Below, in pieces: positions 23,300 to 34,994 of a stretch of DNA of 64,000 nt. Source of the stretch: Camelus ferus (taxonomy: Eukaryota); the NCBI RefSeq assembly GCF_009834535.1, contig NC_045697.1, forward strand, positions 116,004,001 to 116,068,000. Direction: 5' to 3'. Each line of letters starts with the position of its first letter. The stretch's first letter is position 1. Under the pieces are notes generated by a model, which was not told where the DNA came from, made no database searches, and saw nothing but the letters and a program-made list of their open reading frames with translations. A program made the translations under genes and the position numbers.

Positions 23300-23710
23300 G
23301 CCACGAGTGAGAGCCAGCCTCTGGAGCTGGCCTGGCTGGGTTCACATTCCAGCTCCACAGCTTTCTAACTGCAACGTGGGCGAAGATGCTCACCTCCTTG
23401 TGCCTCGGCGTCTTAATATTATCTGTCTTACAGGATTGTGACAGATCGACCTGTCCCTAAACGTGACATGCTTATGCCATGCCTGGCACACAGGAAGGGC
23501 TCAGTGTCTCTCCCTCAGTGTGCCTCAAGTCTCTCCCTCCTTGTGACTCCTTAGGGTCCCCTCAGATGCTAAATGCACAGTCCTTGGTGGGGTCCTGCCC
23601 ACGCACCCTCTGGTCCTCTGCGGCTCAGCCCCTCTCCCAGCCAGTGTGTTATATGGTGAGATTTAGCCTCTCGGAATAAACTGCTCAAAATCGAAGGTAT
23701 TACCATTCAT
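23300..23710 (+). mobile_element. MIR remnant whose 3' end is split by duplicate copy 2
   Basis: ctgggttcacattccagctccac...tgtgcctcgg...tgcctggcacacaggaagggctca, resuming gaaggtattaccatt after the insert. Confidence 0.65.
23504..23692. repeat. 189-bp direct repeat, copy 2
   Basis: Identical to 22398-22586. Confidence 0.97.
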
Positions 23711-24559
23711 GTCCACTCTCATGGAGTCTACACAGACACATTGCTTTGGGACATCAGGATATTGCCTGCTTTTAGTATATTTACGGCTTAGAAAGATTTC
23801 TATAGGGTGCAATACACATCATAATGCTGACCACTTCTAGGTTATTTACTTAGACTAGAAAATCATAGCAATGCTCAGAGTCTCCTGCAAGCAAAAGTCT
23901 GCATCTCCGAAGAGAAGGCACATAGGAGCTGTGTCCACAAATACCCAGGGTGAGCTTTTCGACTGAATTTACCAGTTGACAGACATATGGTTGGCCAGTG
24001 GTCCGCTTTTCCCAAACTGAAAGGACTGCTCTGGGAACTTGGGATTTGGCATTTACACTGTGGTCTGGCCTGGACCACCCCAGAGCTGTGTTGAGGCAAG
24101 GCTCAAAGGCTGGCCATGGTCTTGCTGGCCCAGGTCACCCCCTCAGACAGCTTGACAGTAACAGGCTTAGAGCCTCATTCAATATTGCTACAGTTTCAGA
24201 TGCATTTTGTTAGGTCCAATTTACTGGTTCTGAAGCTGGCTGTATTTTGGGACTTCAATGCTCTTGTTGATCATGGAAGCATCTTTAGTCTCTTCCCCTG
24301 TTTTCTGTTCCAAATTTGGATTAGCTTTTACCCTCTGCTCTAAGCCTTCCCTCCCAGGTTACAGCCTCGCAGTTTTCTCTTATCTCTAATAGAAAGGAGC
24401 AGTTACCAGGGTAATCTAGTGCTCTTAATGTCAATGAGAAACGGTTAATAGAAGAGTGGTATAGGTCCCAGCTCTGTGACCAATGATGGGTAGGTCCGTC
24501 CACATTTTGAAATCATAGTTTTCTTATTGAAAGTTTGACTCAGCTCTGAAAACATACGC

Positions 24560-27535
24560 ATTTCCTGCTTTTTATCAAGGTGAGGACATTCATGTGCATT
24601 CCTATTTTTCTGAGAGTTTTTATCATGAAAGGGTGTGGACTTTTGTCAAATGCTTTTTCTGCATTAACTGATTAAACCATGTGACTTTTGGTTTTGTCTG
24701 TTAAGACAGTGAAGTTTGCTTTCTGACTAAAGATACGGTCTACTTTGGTGTATGTTGCATGGTATTCATTGTTGTGTATTCATTGTTGTTATGTGGACTG
24801 CTCTGTAAGTGTTGATTCGATTTTGTTGGCTGAGAGTGTTCAGTTCTTTTACATCTTCACTGAATTTCAGCCTAATTGCTTTACCAATTGTTGAAAGAAA
24901 GGAGTTGAAGTCTCCAACTATAATAGTGGATTTGTCTGTTTCTCCTTTCATTTCTATCAGTTCTTGTTTCATGGATTTTGAAGGTCTGCTGTGTGATAGA
25001 TACTCATTCAGGATTGCTATATCTTCTTGGTGAACTTATCCTTTGATCATTCTATAATACCCTTCTCTGTCTCTAGCAATTTTCTTTGCTCTCTTGTGTA
25101 CTTATCTCATATTAATATAGCTACTCAAGCTTTCTTCTGATTAATGTTTGCATAATGTAACTCTTCCCCTTTTTCTTTCAACCTATCTACACTGTTATGT
25201 AAATGAGTTTTTGTAAACAGCATATAAGTGGGTCAGATTTTTTTAATACACTCTGCCAATCTTTATCTTTTAATTGGTATATTTAAGCTGTTTACATGTA
25301 GTGCAATTATTTGTATGTTAGACTTTAAGTTTGCCAATTGTTTTCTGTTTGTTCTGTTTTTTTGTTTCTCGGTTTTCTCTTCCCTGTCTGCCTGTGTGTT
25401 ACCAGAACATATTTCAGTGTTCCATTTTGCTTCATTTAGTATTTTGGGGTGTATCCTTTTGTATAGTTTTTAGTCATTGCTAGGTATTCCATTATATATT
25501 TATAACTTGTAATCATCTCCTGGTGTCCTTATTTTACCAGTTTGAGAGAAGTATAGAAACCTATCCTTATGTTGTTTTACTCTCACCCTCTTATAATTGG
25601 CTAAAATATTTTTCTATGTTCATTAAGAACCATATCTAGCAGTGTAACAACTTTTGCTTCAACTCTCAAACATAATTTAGGAAACCCAAAAGAAGAAAAA
25701 AAAACTGTGTTTTGTATTTACGTGTTTACTCTTGTCATTGTTCTTTCTTCCCTTCAGATGTTACAAGCTTCCTTCTTTCATCATTTCTTTTGAGAACTTC
25801 TTTTAGCCTTTCTCTTAAGGACACTCTATTGGCAAGAAACCTGATTAGTTCTTCTTCATCAGAGAACGCCTTGATTTCCACTTCATTTGTGAAGGATATC
25901 TAGCTGAGTATAGGATTTTGTGTTGACAGCTCTTTGCATTCGTCACTTCAAAAATATTGTGTGACTTCCTTCTGGCTTCCATGGTTTCTCATGGTAAATC
26001 TGTTATTCAAATTGTTTTTCCTGTACTGTTAGGATGGCATGTCTCTCTTTCTTTTCAGCCATTATTTTTCACCCATTATTTTTTCAAGTGCTTTTTCAGT
26101 TTTGTCTTCCTTCTCTAGGACTCTGATGACAATAATGTTAAATATTTTGTTATGGTCCCAAGGGTCCCTGGAGGTCTGTTTACCTTTTTTTCAATCTATC
26201 TTTCTCTGTTATTTAGAGTGGGTAATTTCTACTGCTCTGTCTTCAAGTTCACTGATTCTTTCCTCTATTCCCCTCTATTCTGCTCTTAAGTTCATTCACT
26301 GAGTGTTTTGTTTTTTTGTTTGTTTGTTTGGTTGGTTGGTTACCATATTTTTCAGTCTTAAATGTTCCATTTCTCTTTTTATATCTTCTATTTCCTTGGT
26401 GATACTTTCTACACTTGTTTGTTTCAAGCACACCTGTAATGCTTGTTGAAGCATTTTTATAATGAATGCTCTAAGACTTTTACCAGATAATTCTAACATT
26501 TTTGTCATCTGAGTCTTGGCATCTATTTATTGACTTTTTTTCATTCAGTTTGAGATCTTCCTTGTTCTTGCAATGAGTGGTTTCTTTTGAAACCTAGGCA
26601 TTATGTAATGGGATTTTGGATTTTATTTAAGTCTTCTGTCTGTTTTAGTTCATTTCTTCCACAGGGGTGAACAGAAGTGGAGGGTGCACTGCCTCAAAGC
26701 TGCCAGGTGGGGTAGAATTTCAGGTTCCCACTTGACCTTCTCTGACATCCAAGGGGAGGGCCTAGGCATCACTGTTGGAGCTCCTGTCCCCTGCCACCCA
26801 CCTCCCCGGCTGAGAGGGGACAAGGGGCCTTGTCACTGCTCCCCTTATGGCCTCCACTGACATCATGGGGGAGGACTGGCCTCATTCCTTCTGGATGGGA
26901 GAAAAGTCCTGACTCTGCAGTCAGTGTCCTCAGAAACCACCGCAGCAGGGAGAGAAGGTGGGGCATCTCATTACTGCTCACACTGTGGGGCAGGTGTGGA
27001 AATCTATGTGGTCTCTACTGACACTGCCTGGGAGGGAGGAAAGTCCTCACTCCTGCTCTGCTCCCTCTGACCCTAGACTCTAGTAAGAGGAGGCTGGCCT
27101 TGGAGGCCACTGGAGCCCGAGGACAGTGGAAACCAGGCTTCCCAACTCAGCCCTGGATGCCCGGGGGAAGGTGGGGCCCCAGTTCTCCCTGTAGTGTTGT
27201 ACCGGAGCAGTGCAGCTGCTGTCTCCCAGTTTTTGGTTTTGCTGGCCGCCTGTTTCTTGGTTCTTTGGCCACAGAGCAGGCTTATTTTGTTTGGTCTGAA
27301 TTCACTGGTGATTCTGGGTTGCCAGCTCCTGTAGCTCCGAGTCTGGGATGCATGAGGCATAAAGAAACCGGGAACATGTCTCCTCTGGTCCTGAGGTCTC
27401 TAGCCAGCCTGCCTTCTTCTCTCCACCTTCCAGAGTCATCTTATGTTGGTTTTATATATAACGTCAGGATTTTTAGTTCTGCTTAGTGGAAGGAGGAGGG
27501 ACAATACATTTATTCCATCTTCCCAGAGGCAGTTT
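24560..27535 (-). mobile_element. Old L1M element, 5' part (5'UTR, ORF1 remnant, ORF2 endonuclease remnant)
   Basis: Minus ORF KQELIEMKGETDKSTIIVGDFNSFLS (APE-type endonuclease GDFN motif); coiled-coil-like ORF1 remnants at 26249-26508. Confidence 0.82.
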
Positions 27536-30500
27536 TTATAAAGTGAAACTGCAGTAAGCTACTATCAACACTAGAGGTCTCTTCTCACACACTTTTGATT
27601 TTATTTATTTTATTGAAAGGCTAATTTTAAGCATTCTCAAACATATTTCTAAGGGACTAAATTGGTCCTTTAATTTATTTTCAATTCCTAAATATCCAAA
27701 ATTTCTTAAATTTCATCTTGGAAAAAAAATCAGCTTTATCTAATTATTTTCTCAAGATTACATTATTCCGTGGGAGAGGCTATCGGCCAGAGTAAACCGT
27801 GGACTTATCACTCATCCACATTAATCAGTTTATTTTTGACATGTTAGAGTCATTAAAGTCTTTGAAGACAGCAGCACACTGCTACCTTCAAAGACATTAC
27901 AATCTGAAACAACAAAGTAAAACTTACAATACGGTTTCAGAATTTCAAAATTAGTTTTATGATTTAGGTATCTTTCATCAAAAAGCATTCATTGAAAACC
28001 TAATTGTTCCCCCAACCTGCAGAAAAGCAATTTACAAAAACCAACCAGCCAAACAAAAAATCATTTACCCATTTTAACCAATCTTGTGAGCTGTACGGGA
28101 CACCAGAGGTTATCATACTTGAATCTCTCAATTTTTGTTTACCAAATGCAAGCCAAAAACTGAGTTCAATGTTTCGTCTAGAAAAACTGGGACTTCCTGG
28201 GGCTTCCCCAGTGGATTGGCAGCTCCCACTGCAGCGTTGCCTGCTCTGACCTCTCACCCACATGCTTTCACTTTCCTCTTCTTTCAGAATAAAGTGTCAC
28301 CACAGGAATTCTGACGGGAGCTCCTGGTGCCTGTGGAAATGTAGATTTTCATTCCATTTCAAGGGTAGGTGAAGGTCATACACCAGTTCTCTAACCCAGC
28401 TCTCCGTGAGCTTTTGGCCGCCTAATAATTGAAACCCTGTTTTTATCTCCAGATAGAGGAATTCCCATGACTTCTAACCGGACCAGCAGGATTTTACTCT
28501 TAAACCTCTTCTGCATCTAGAAATCAGAAGTCACCATAACAAAACATGGAGGTCATTTCAAACTGAGCTTCCCTAAACTTTTGACCTTGTTGCTTTTGTG
28601 AGTGAAGTGGTGAAAAAAATTTTCTTCCAGTAGAAAGCTTTTTAGTGGCCTATTATTCAGAACTGGTGGTCTTGACAGCTTAGGGGGTAAAAAAGGGCGT
28701 CAAAAATCTGCATAATGAAAGACATCCCCTGCCATGAACTGTGAGAGTGATATATGAGCCTGCTGGAGTTTTCCAGAGCCTTCTCCTCTGGCCACCTGCT
28801 GACCGCTGCCGCTGCTTGTGAACTCACCCCCAGAGACCAGCACCTGCTTCACCTCCCTCACGCAGGGTCTGGAGGAAAACGTGAGGTAAGAAATGCAAGC
28901 GGGATATGAAAAGTCCAAAGTAATGTTTAAATTTTCTTTGTGAATAAACTTTAGCTATTTTACTCTACAAGTTTTTTTTTCCCCTCCCCAAAGCTGGAGG
29001 GAACATTGCTGAAGCTTGTCCGTTTGCTGGCAGTGTGGCAGAGGGGTTTGGGGGGAAAAACAGAACAACATGTAAGACGCATAGCAGTGTAACTTCAAGC
29101 ACTGGAGGAAACACGAGGGCTGTTTGTACCGACAGTGAGAGGACAGAGGGAAGAAATAAACAGCTCCAGGTCCTGTGCAGCCTTGTCTATTTCAAAAGCA
29201 GTGTTTCCTTTAGGCTAAAATGAAAGGACGCCACTAAGCGCTTCTAAGCAGAAGAGCCAAATGAATCGATTTACATTTAAGAAGGATCTTGCTAATAGTT
29301 CCTGGACTAAGGGGTGAGGAGAGGTCGCAAGATGAGTTGGAAGCCGGAGCCCAGGAGAGACACGGTGAAGCCCCGCACCGAGGCAGTGACAGCGGACTAG
29401 GACTGTGGAAGATGCTGAGCAGATGGGACTTTGGGTCCTTGGTTCTGTTTGGGGAGGAGAAACGGGAGTTAAGTGTGACTCAGATTTTCTGAAGGAGAAA
29501 ACTGGATCAATGGTTTTAAATGTTGTTGTTGTTTCGTATTGTATTCTCCTCAATCTCTAAGAATAGACCTCCTCCTAATTTTGATTTCACAGTTTTCCCA
29601 AGATGTGCGAAACCAAGTCCCCATTATGTACTCATACCATGTGTGAAGTTGTAAATCATCTCAGCCTAATGTAATATATAGTATATCCAAAATTCAGCGT
29701 TCAAAAATAATTGAAAAGTGAAAGCATTTTATGTGGAAATGGCATGATTTCTTGAATGTTCTTCAAAATAATCCACTGAGAGAGGATTAAAGGGATAAAA
29801 ACGAAATAATATTGGCTTCTTGTGAATAATTGTTGAAAATGAGTGCCCAGGGGAGCGGCAATATACTATCCTCTCTACCTCTGTGAATGTTTTAAAGTTT
29901 ACATAATAAATACTTTTAACTAGTTAAAAAGAAAATTAAATAGAGGTACAATTTCTAAAAAAATTTTTTCTAAGGAAATTTTGTCTCAAAGAAAAAGCAA
30001 GAGAATACCATTCTGGGAATTGGGTAGTAATGGCTGTTCAGTATTTTTCTTTTGTTTTGTTTTTATTGAAATATAGTCAGTTATGATGTGTCAGTTTCTT
30101 GTGTACAGCACAATGTCCCAGTCATGCCGTTCAGTTTTTTAATCTCTCTGAATTTCCCTATAAAAACAAGCAGAGAAACCTCGAAAGCAAAACCAAAGAC
30201 GGAGATGTACTAAATTACTATCAGTGACTCCCTGGAAAGCACGGGAGTGCTTTTCTAAGAATGGCTGCAGAAACAGGGCGGGCGACTGATTAGCAGATGT
30301 TGCTGTGCAGAAAGTTCCATAAGGGATGCAGGATCTGAGGATGCTGGGTTGGTGCAGGGGCTCGTGTCTGTGAATCCCCCACAGTGACAAACCAGACCAA
30401 CGCTCCTTGGCACAGCCCTGCACGGAGGAGAAGATGCTCAGAGTAGAGTCATCCTTGAGAAGGACAGGATGGTAGGGGTGAAGGAAAGAGAAGGTTCAGA

Positions 30501-31049
30501 TAAGATTAGGGGAGAGGAACATCCCAGACAGTTCACTGCTGTACTTTTTATTACTTTCTGAAAACAACAAAACAGAGAACCCTAGCGTTATGAAGTCAGA
30601 AAAGCTATCCTGGCTCATTTGTCCCTCTTAAAAAGACAGAAATACTCAATTCACTTGAAAATGAGCTGCAGAAAACAATTTATCAAATTTCAAACCAAGT
30701 TGTAATAATTAGAAAGAAAAAGAGAATTGGGAGTATATTAAATCCTTGCATACTATGAAATAATGCCAGGAATTCAAGCTTATGCAATGAAGGAAAACTT
30801 TAGCCTTATAGTTCAAAATATGGTTAAAAAATAACATAAAGAGAACTATGATAAGCATTGACAAAACATGAAAAATTGGAATTTTAAAAAAATTGCATAT
30901 ATAAGAGTATATATAGAAAATGTTAAATGAAAAGCAAAAGAACTGAGAACTTATTTAGAAAAAAATCATTAGAGAAAGAAAGATAAAACAAAATAACAAA
31001 CACAACACAAAATACTAGCGAAAGTAAAAGATAGCAAAGGAGGAAATTT

Positions 31050-31510
31050 TTTTAAACTTTGCTTTTTATTGAAGTGTAGTTGATTTACAATGTTAGTTTC
31101 AGGTGTACAGCAAAGTGTTTCAGTTATACATACACATACACATACATTTATATTCTTTTTCAGATTCTTTTCCATTATATGTTATTGCAACAAATTGAAT
31201 ATATTTCCCTGTGCTATATATAGTGGGTCTTTGTTTATATATTTTATATACAGTAATGTGTATCTGTTAATCCTAAACTCCTAATTTATGCCTCCTCTGC
31301 CCTTTCCCTTTGGTAACCATAGATTGTTTTCTATGTCTGTGAGTCAATTTTTGGTTTGTAAATAAGATTTGTATCATATTTTTTTAGATTTCACATATAA
31401 TTGATATATGATATTTGTCTGACTTACTTCACTTAATATGATAATCTCTAGGTCCATTCATGTTGCTGCAAATGGCATTATTTACTCTTTTTATGGCTGA
31501 ATAATATTCT

Positions 31511-31554
<44 letters not shown>

Positions 31555-31806
31555 CTCTCATCTTCTCTATTCATCTGTTGGTAGACATTTAGGTGGCTTC
31601 TATGCCTTGGGTATTGTAAATAGTGCTGCTATGAACATTGGGGTGCCTGTGTCTTTTCAAGTTAGAGTTTTCCCTGGATATATGCTCAGGAGTGGAATTT
31701 CTGGAGCATAGGGTTAGTTTATTTTTAGTTTTTTAAGGAAACTCTTTACTGCCCTCCATAGTGGCTGCACCAATTTGCATCTCCACCAACAGTGTAGTAG
31801 GGTTCA
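31050..31806 (-). mobile_element. 5'-truncated L1 inserted into an older A-rich L1/HAL1-like fragment
   Basis: L1 3'UTR motifs (tttattgaagtgtagttgatttacaa, gtgctgctatgaacattgggg); TSD-like gaggaaat on both sides; (TA)n at ~31514-31550. Confidence 0.88.
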
Positions 31807-32119
31807 CAAATGAGGAAATGTTTAAATATTGAAAGGAAATGAAGAAAGAGATAAAAAAGGATTTGATAGAAAGTGGTAGACTTAGAAAACAGTAAAAGAA
31901 GATCTAACATGTGTATATAGGGGGTCTCTGAAGAGGAAAACCAAATAATTCAAGCAAACAGATGCTGAAATCTAAAATTCAATAGAACTCTCTTTAGGGG
32001 AGATGTGAAACTATTTACTGACTGTTCCACCTGCTTGTATGTATAGTAGCCAACCACTCAGTGCAAGATTTATTCTAACAGAACTATAGCTCTTCAGGGA
32101 GTAAATGTCCTGTAGGCAC

Positions 32120-32446
32120 ATAGAATTGGCCCTCCATAACCAAAAGTTTCATATCCAGCGGTTCAACCAACTTCAGATCCAAAATATTCAAGAAAAAACT
32201 CCAGAAATTTCCAAAAAGCAAAACTTGAATTTGCCACACACTGGTGACCATTTACATAGTATTTACATTGTATTAGGTGTTGTAAGTAACCTGGGGATGA
32301 TTTAAAGTATACAGGAGGGTGTGCTTAGGTTATATGCAAATATATTATATGCACCATTTTATTAGGAACTTGAGCATGTGTGGATTTTGGTACCCATGTG
32401 GGGGTCCTGGAACCAATCCCCCATGAATATCAAGGGACAAATTGTA
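32120..32446. mobile_element. Tigger3a/MER7-like DNA transposon remnant
   Basis: catttacatagtatttacattgtattaggt...gatgatttaaagtatacaggag...ggtcctggaaccaatcccccatgaatatcaaggga. Confidence 0.8.
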
Positions 32447-33639
32447 CTTAAAAGGAAAATAAACTCAGTTTGTCATCAGATTTTGAGTTAGCACTACTTT
32501 ATGCAAGAAGACAATGGCATGCTCTTTTTAAGATGCTCAAGAAAAGGAATGTGAGCTAAGGATTTTAGATTCAGCCACATGGAATTTCAAGTGCAAGATC
32601 TTTCCCCACAAATCTTTCTTAATGAAACTTCTAGAGAACTAACTTCAAACAACCAAAATGACCAGAGAGACAGTATCGTAAAGACTGTGAAATACAGCTA
32701 AGATTGTGAGCCTGGCCCACCCATTTCAGGAAAATCTCTATAATTTTGCACCAGACCACAAACTTTGGCTTATTTCAAGGCAAGAATTGTTTGCTTTAGT
32801 GGCTTCAACGTTTCTAGTTTAGATTCAGACAACTAAGTCAACTTTTACCAGCTTTGTAGGGAAAAATATTTCTGGGAGACTTGGGAGCACATTTCAAAGA
32901 ATGAACGTAACCTTTTAGCAAGCTGTAGGTAATGAATGTCTCTTGCTGCCTGAAAAATTGCTCCTAAAACCTACCTACTTAAAACAACAAATAATTTCTG
33001 TGGCCAAGAACTGGGGAGCAGCTCAGCTGTTGGGTTCCACCTCAAGGGCTTGCATGATGTTGAGAACAACCTGTCTACCAGGGCACCAGGCACCTCAAAG
33101 CTTCGCTGGAGCTGAAACGTCCTTCCAAGCTCACTCACGTGGTGTTGGCTGGCCAGTTGGTCACCACATGGGCCTCCGCCCGGGCTGCCTGGGCAGCCTC
33201 GAGGCATGTCAGCGGCTTTCCCCAGGAGCTGTGCTCCGAAAGAAAAGCATAAGCTCAAGACAGACGTCACTGTCTTTTACAGTCTAATCTTGGACGTCAC
33301 AAACCTTCACTTCTGCCATGTTTTGTGGACCAAATGCAACATGGAAGGGGACACAAGGGTACAAAAACCAGGAAACAGAGATCACTGAGGGAGACTAGGG
33401 GGGCTCAGGGATGTCAATTTCTCAAAGTCACATAATTGGAAGGAGGAAGATCTGGATTTTAAACCTAAATCTATGTGACTCCAGAAATTATTCTATTTGT
33501 AATATATTCAAACCAAGAAGGAATGTGGATCATTCATGTTCTAGATCTTTCTCTTATAATTAAACGACAAGAAAAATGGAGCTAACTTTTCCAAGGGTCC
33601 CATACCTATACTTTCAACAGATAAATGGGTTTCAGCTGG

Positions 33640-34994
33640 TTCTCAAGTGACCCTGGATGTCCACACACACATCTTCAAAGTGCAGCCTAACAGCTTAGCT
33701 GCTCACCGCTTCCAGTAGAAACTGGTAATTTTCACATGTGACTTATGTCCGTGTGTTTTCAGTAACGAAGGAACAGAATGGTCTGGATCACAGGAGCCTA
33801 CCCTACATTTTAAGGAAGTGGTTTTGTTGACACTTTTCATTATACAACATCAAAAGCACATTCTTTAAGCTATCACTACCAATCTCAGCAGAAATGTCTT
33901 TCCCCATTGAGAAGCTGTCAAGTTTACAATAGCAGATACAGATTTTCCAAATTCTAATTTTCACTTGATGGCTTGTATTTTATTGTGGGCAGCAAATAAC
34001 TACTAGTCATTTTCCCTGACGTGGTGGGCTAACCTTTTTCATTTTTGAAAAAAAAAATTTTACCAAATGTCTTAGTTTGGGCGGCTATAATAAATTACCA
34101 TAGATTGGGTGCTTACAAAGAACTGAAATTTATTTCTCACAGCTCTGGCGGCTGAAAGCCTGAGGTCAGGGTGACGGTGTGGATGACTGCTGGAGAGAGT
34201 GCTCTTCCGGGGTGCAGACTGCTGACTTCTCGTGTCCTCATAGGCGGAGAGCAGAGGGAGGCAGCAAGCTCTCTCGTCACCCATATAAGGGCGCTAATCC
34301 CACTGATGAAGGCCCCCCCCCGACTTCTCCTAATCTGATGACCTCTCCCAGTCCCCCCCTCTTATACCATCACACGGGGGAGAAGGGTTTCAACATGAAT
34401 TTTGGAGACACAACATTCAGTTCTTAACATCAAATATCTGAATCTGAATAATCGCAGTCATTGTTCTGGAAAAAATTGTGTTCCTGAAATTCTACCCCCA
34501 CCCTCCAAAAAAGAGAAAAAGCTAGGTACCTTTATGCTCAAAAAAGTGCATTTTTAAAAAACCACCTTATGGAGGGATGACTGGCATACAAACAGAACAC
34601 TGCGGCTTCAGTCACTGCAGAAGCACTCTGTATTTCCATTTCTTCATCCAGAATGATAAAAAGGCAAGTACTCGAGAGACAAGATTGCATGAGATGTTAA
34701 AAATTTTACTGCCTCATCAAGGACTGGTGAGTTTTTGTTTGTCAGTTTGTTTACTGCAAGCACGTGACGGTGACAACCACAGTGACCACTAGGTGGGCTT
34801 GGCGCCGCTGCTTTAATTCATGTTCAGGGGCCAGCGGTTTACACACCCTTGCTTTGTATCATCTGTGCAAATGTCAACACAGAGAAAAGAGCAAATGTGT
34901 TAGTGTTATGATGATTTCCATAATGACAAAGTTTATGAAACTTTTGACCGGGCTGACCTTGAAAGCGCCTTGAGGACCACCGCTTTGAAACTGT
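33640..34994. mobile_element. Charlie1-like hAT DNA transposon remnant, split by MLT1A
   Basis: gctgtcaagtttacaatagcagatacagattttccaaattctaattttcacttg and catctgtgcaaatgtcaacacag...ggaccaccgctttgaaa match recalled Charlie1 consensus segments. Confidence 0.75.
34068..34429 (-). mobile_element. MLT1A-like MaLR solo LTR nested in Charlie1
   Basis: TGTCTTAGT...TTAACA ends; 5-bp TSD ccaaa/tcaaa. Confidence 0.85.

Noticed and set aside
22334..23679. Duplicated small ORFs (VSPSVCLKSLPPCDSLG...)
   Set aside because: A by-product of the 189-bp duplication; no splice, promoter or homology support
22398..23692. TRIM/mini LTR-retrotransposon with 189-bp identical LTRs (the repeat has an AATAAA near its end)
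   Set aside because: The shared sequence does not end in CA. There is no flanking TSD, no primer-binding site or polypurine tract, and the interior is older SINE/MIR-containing genomic DNA.
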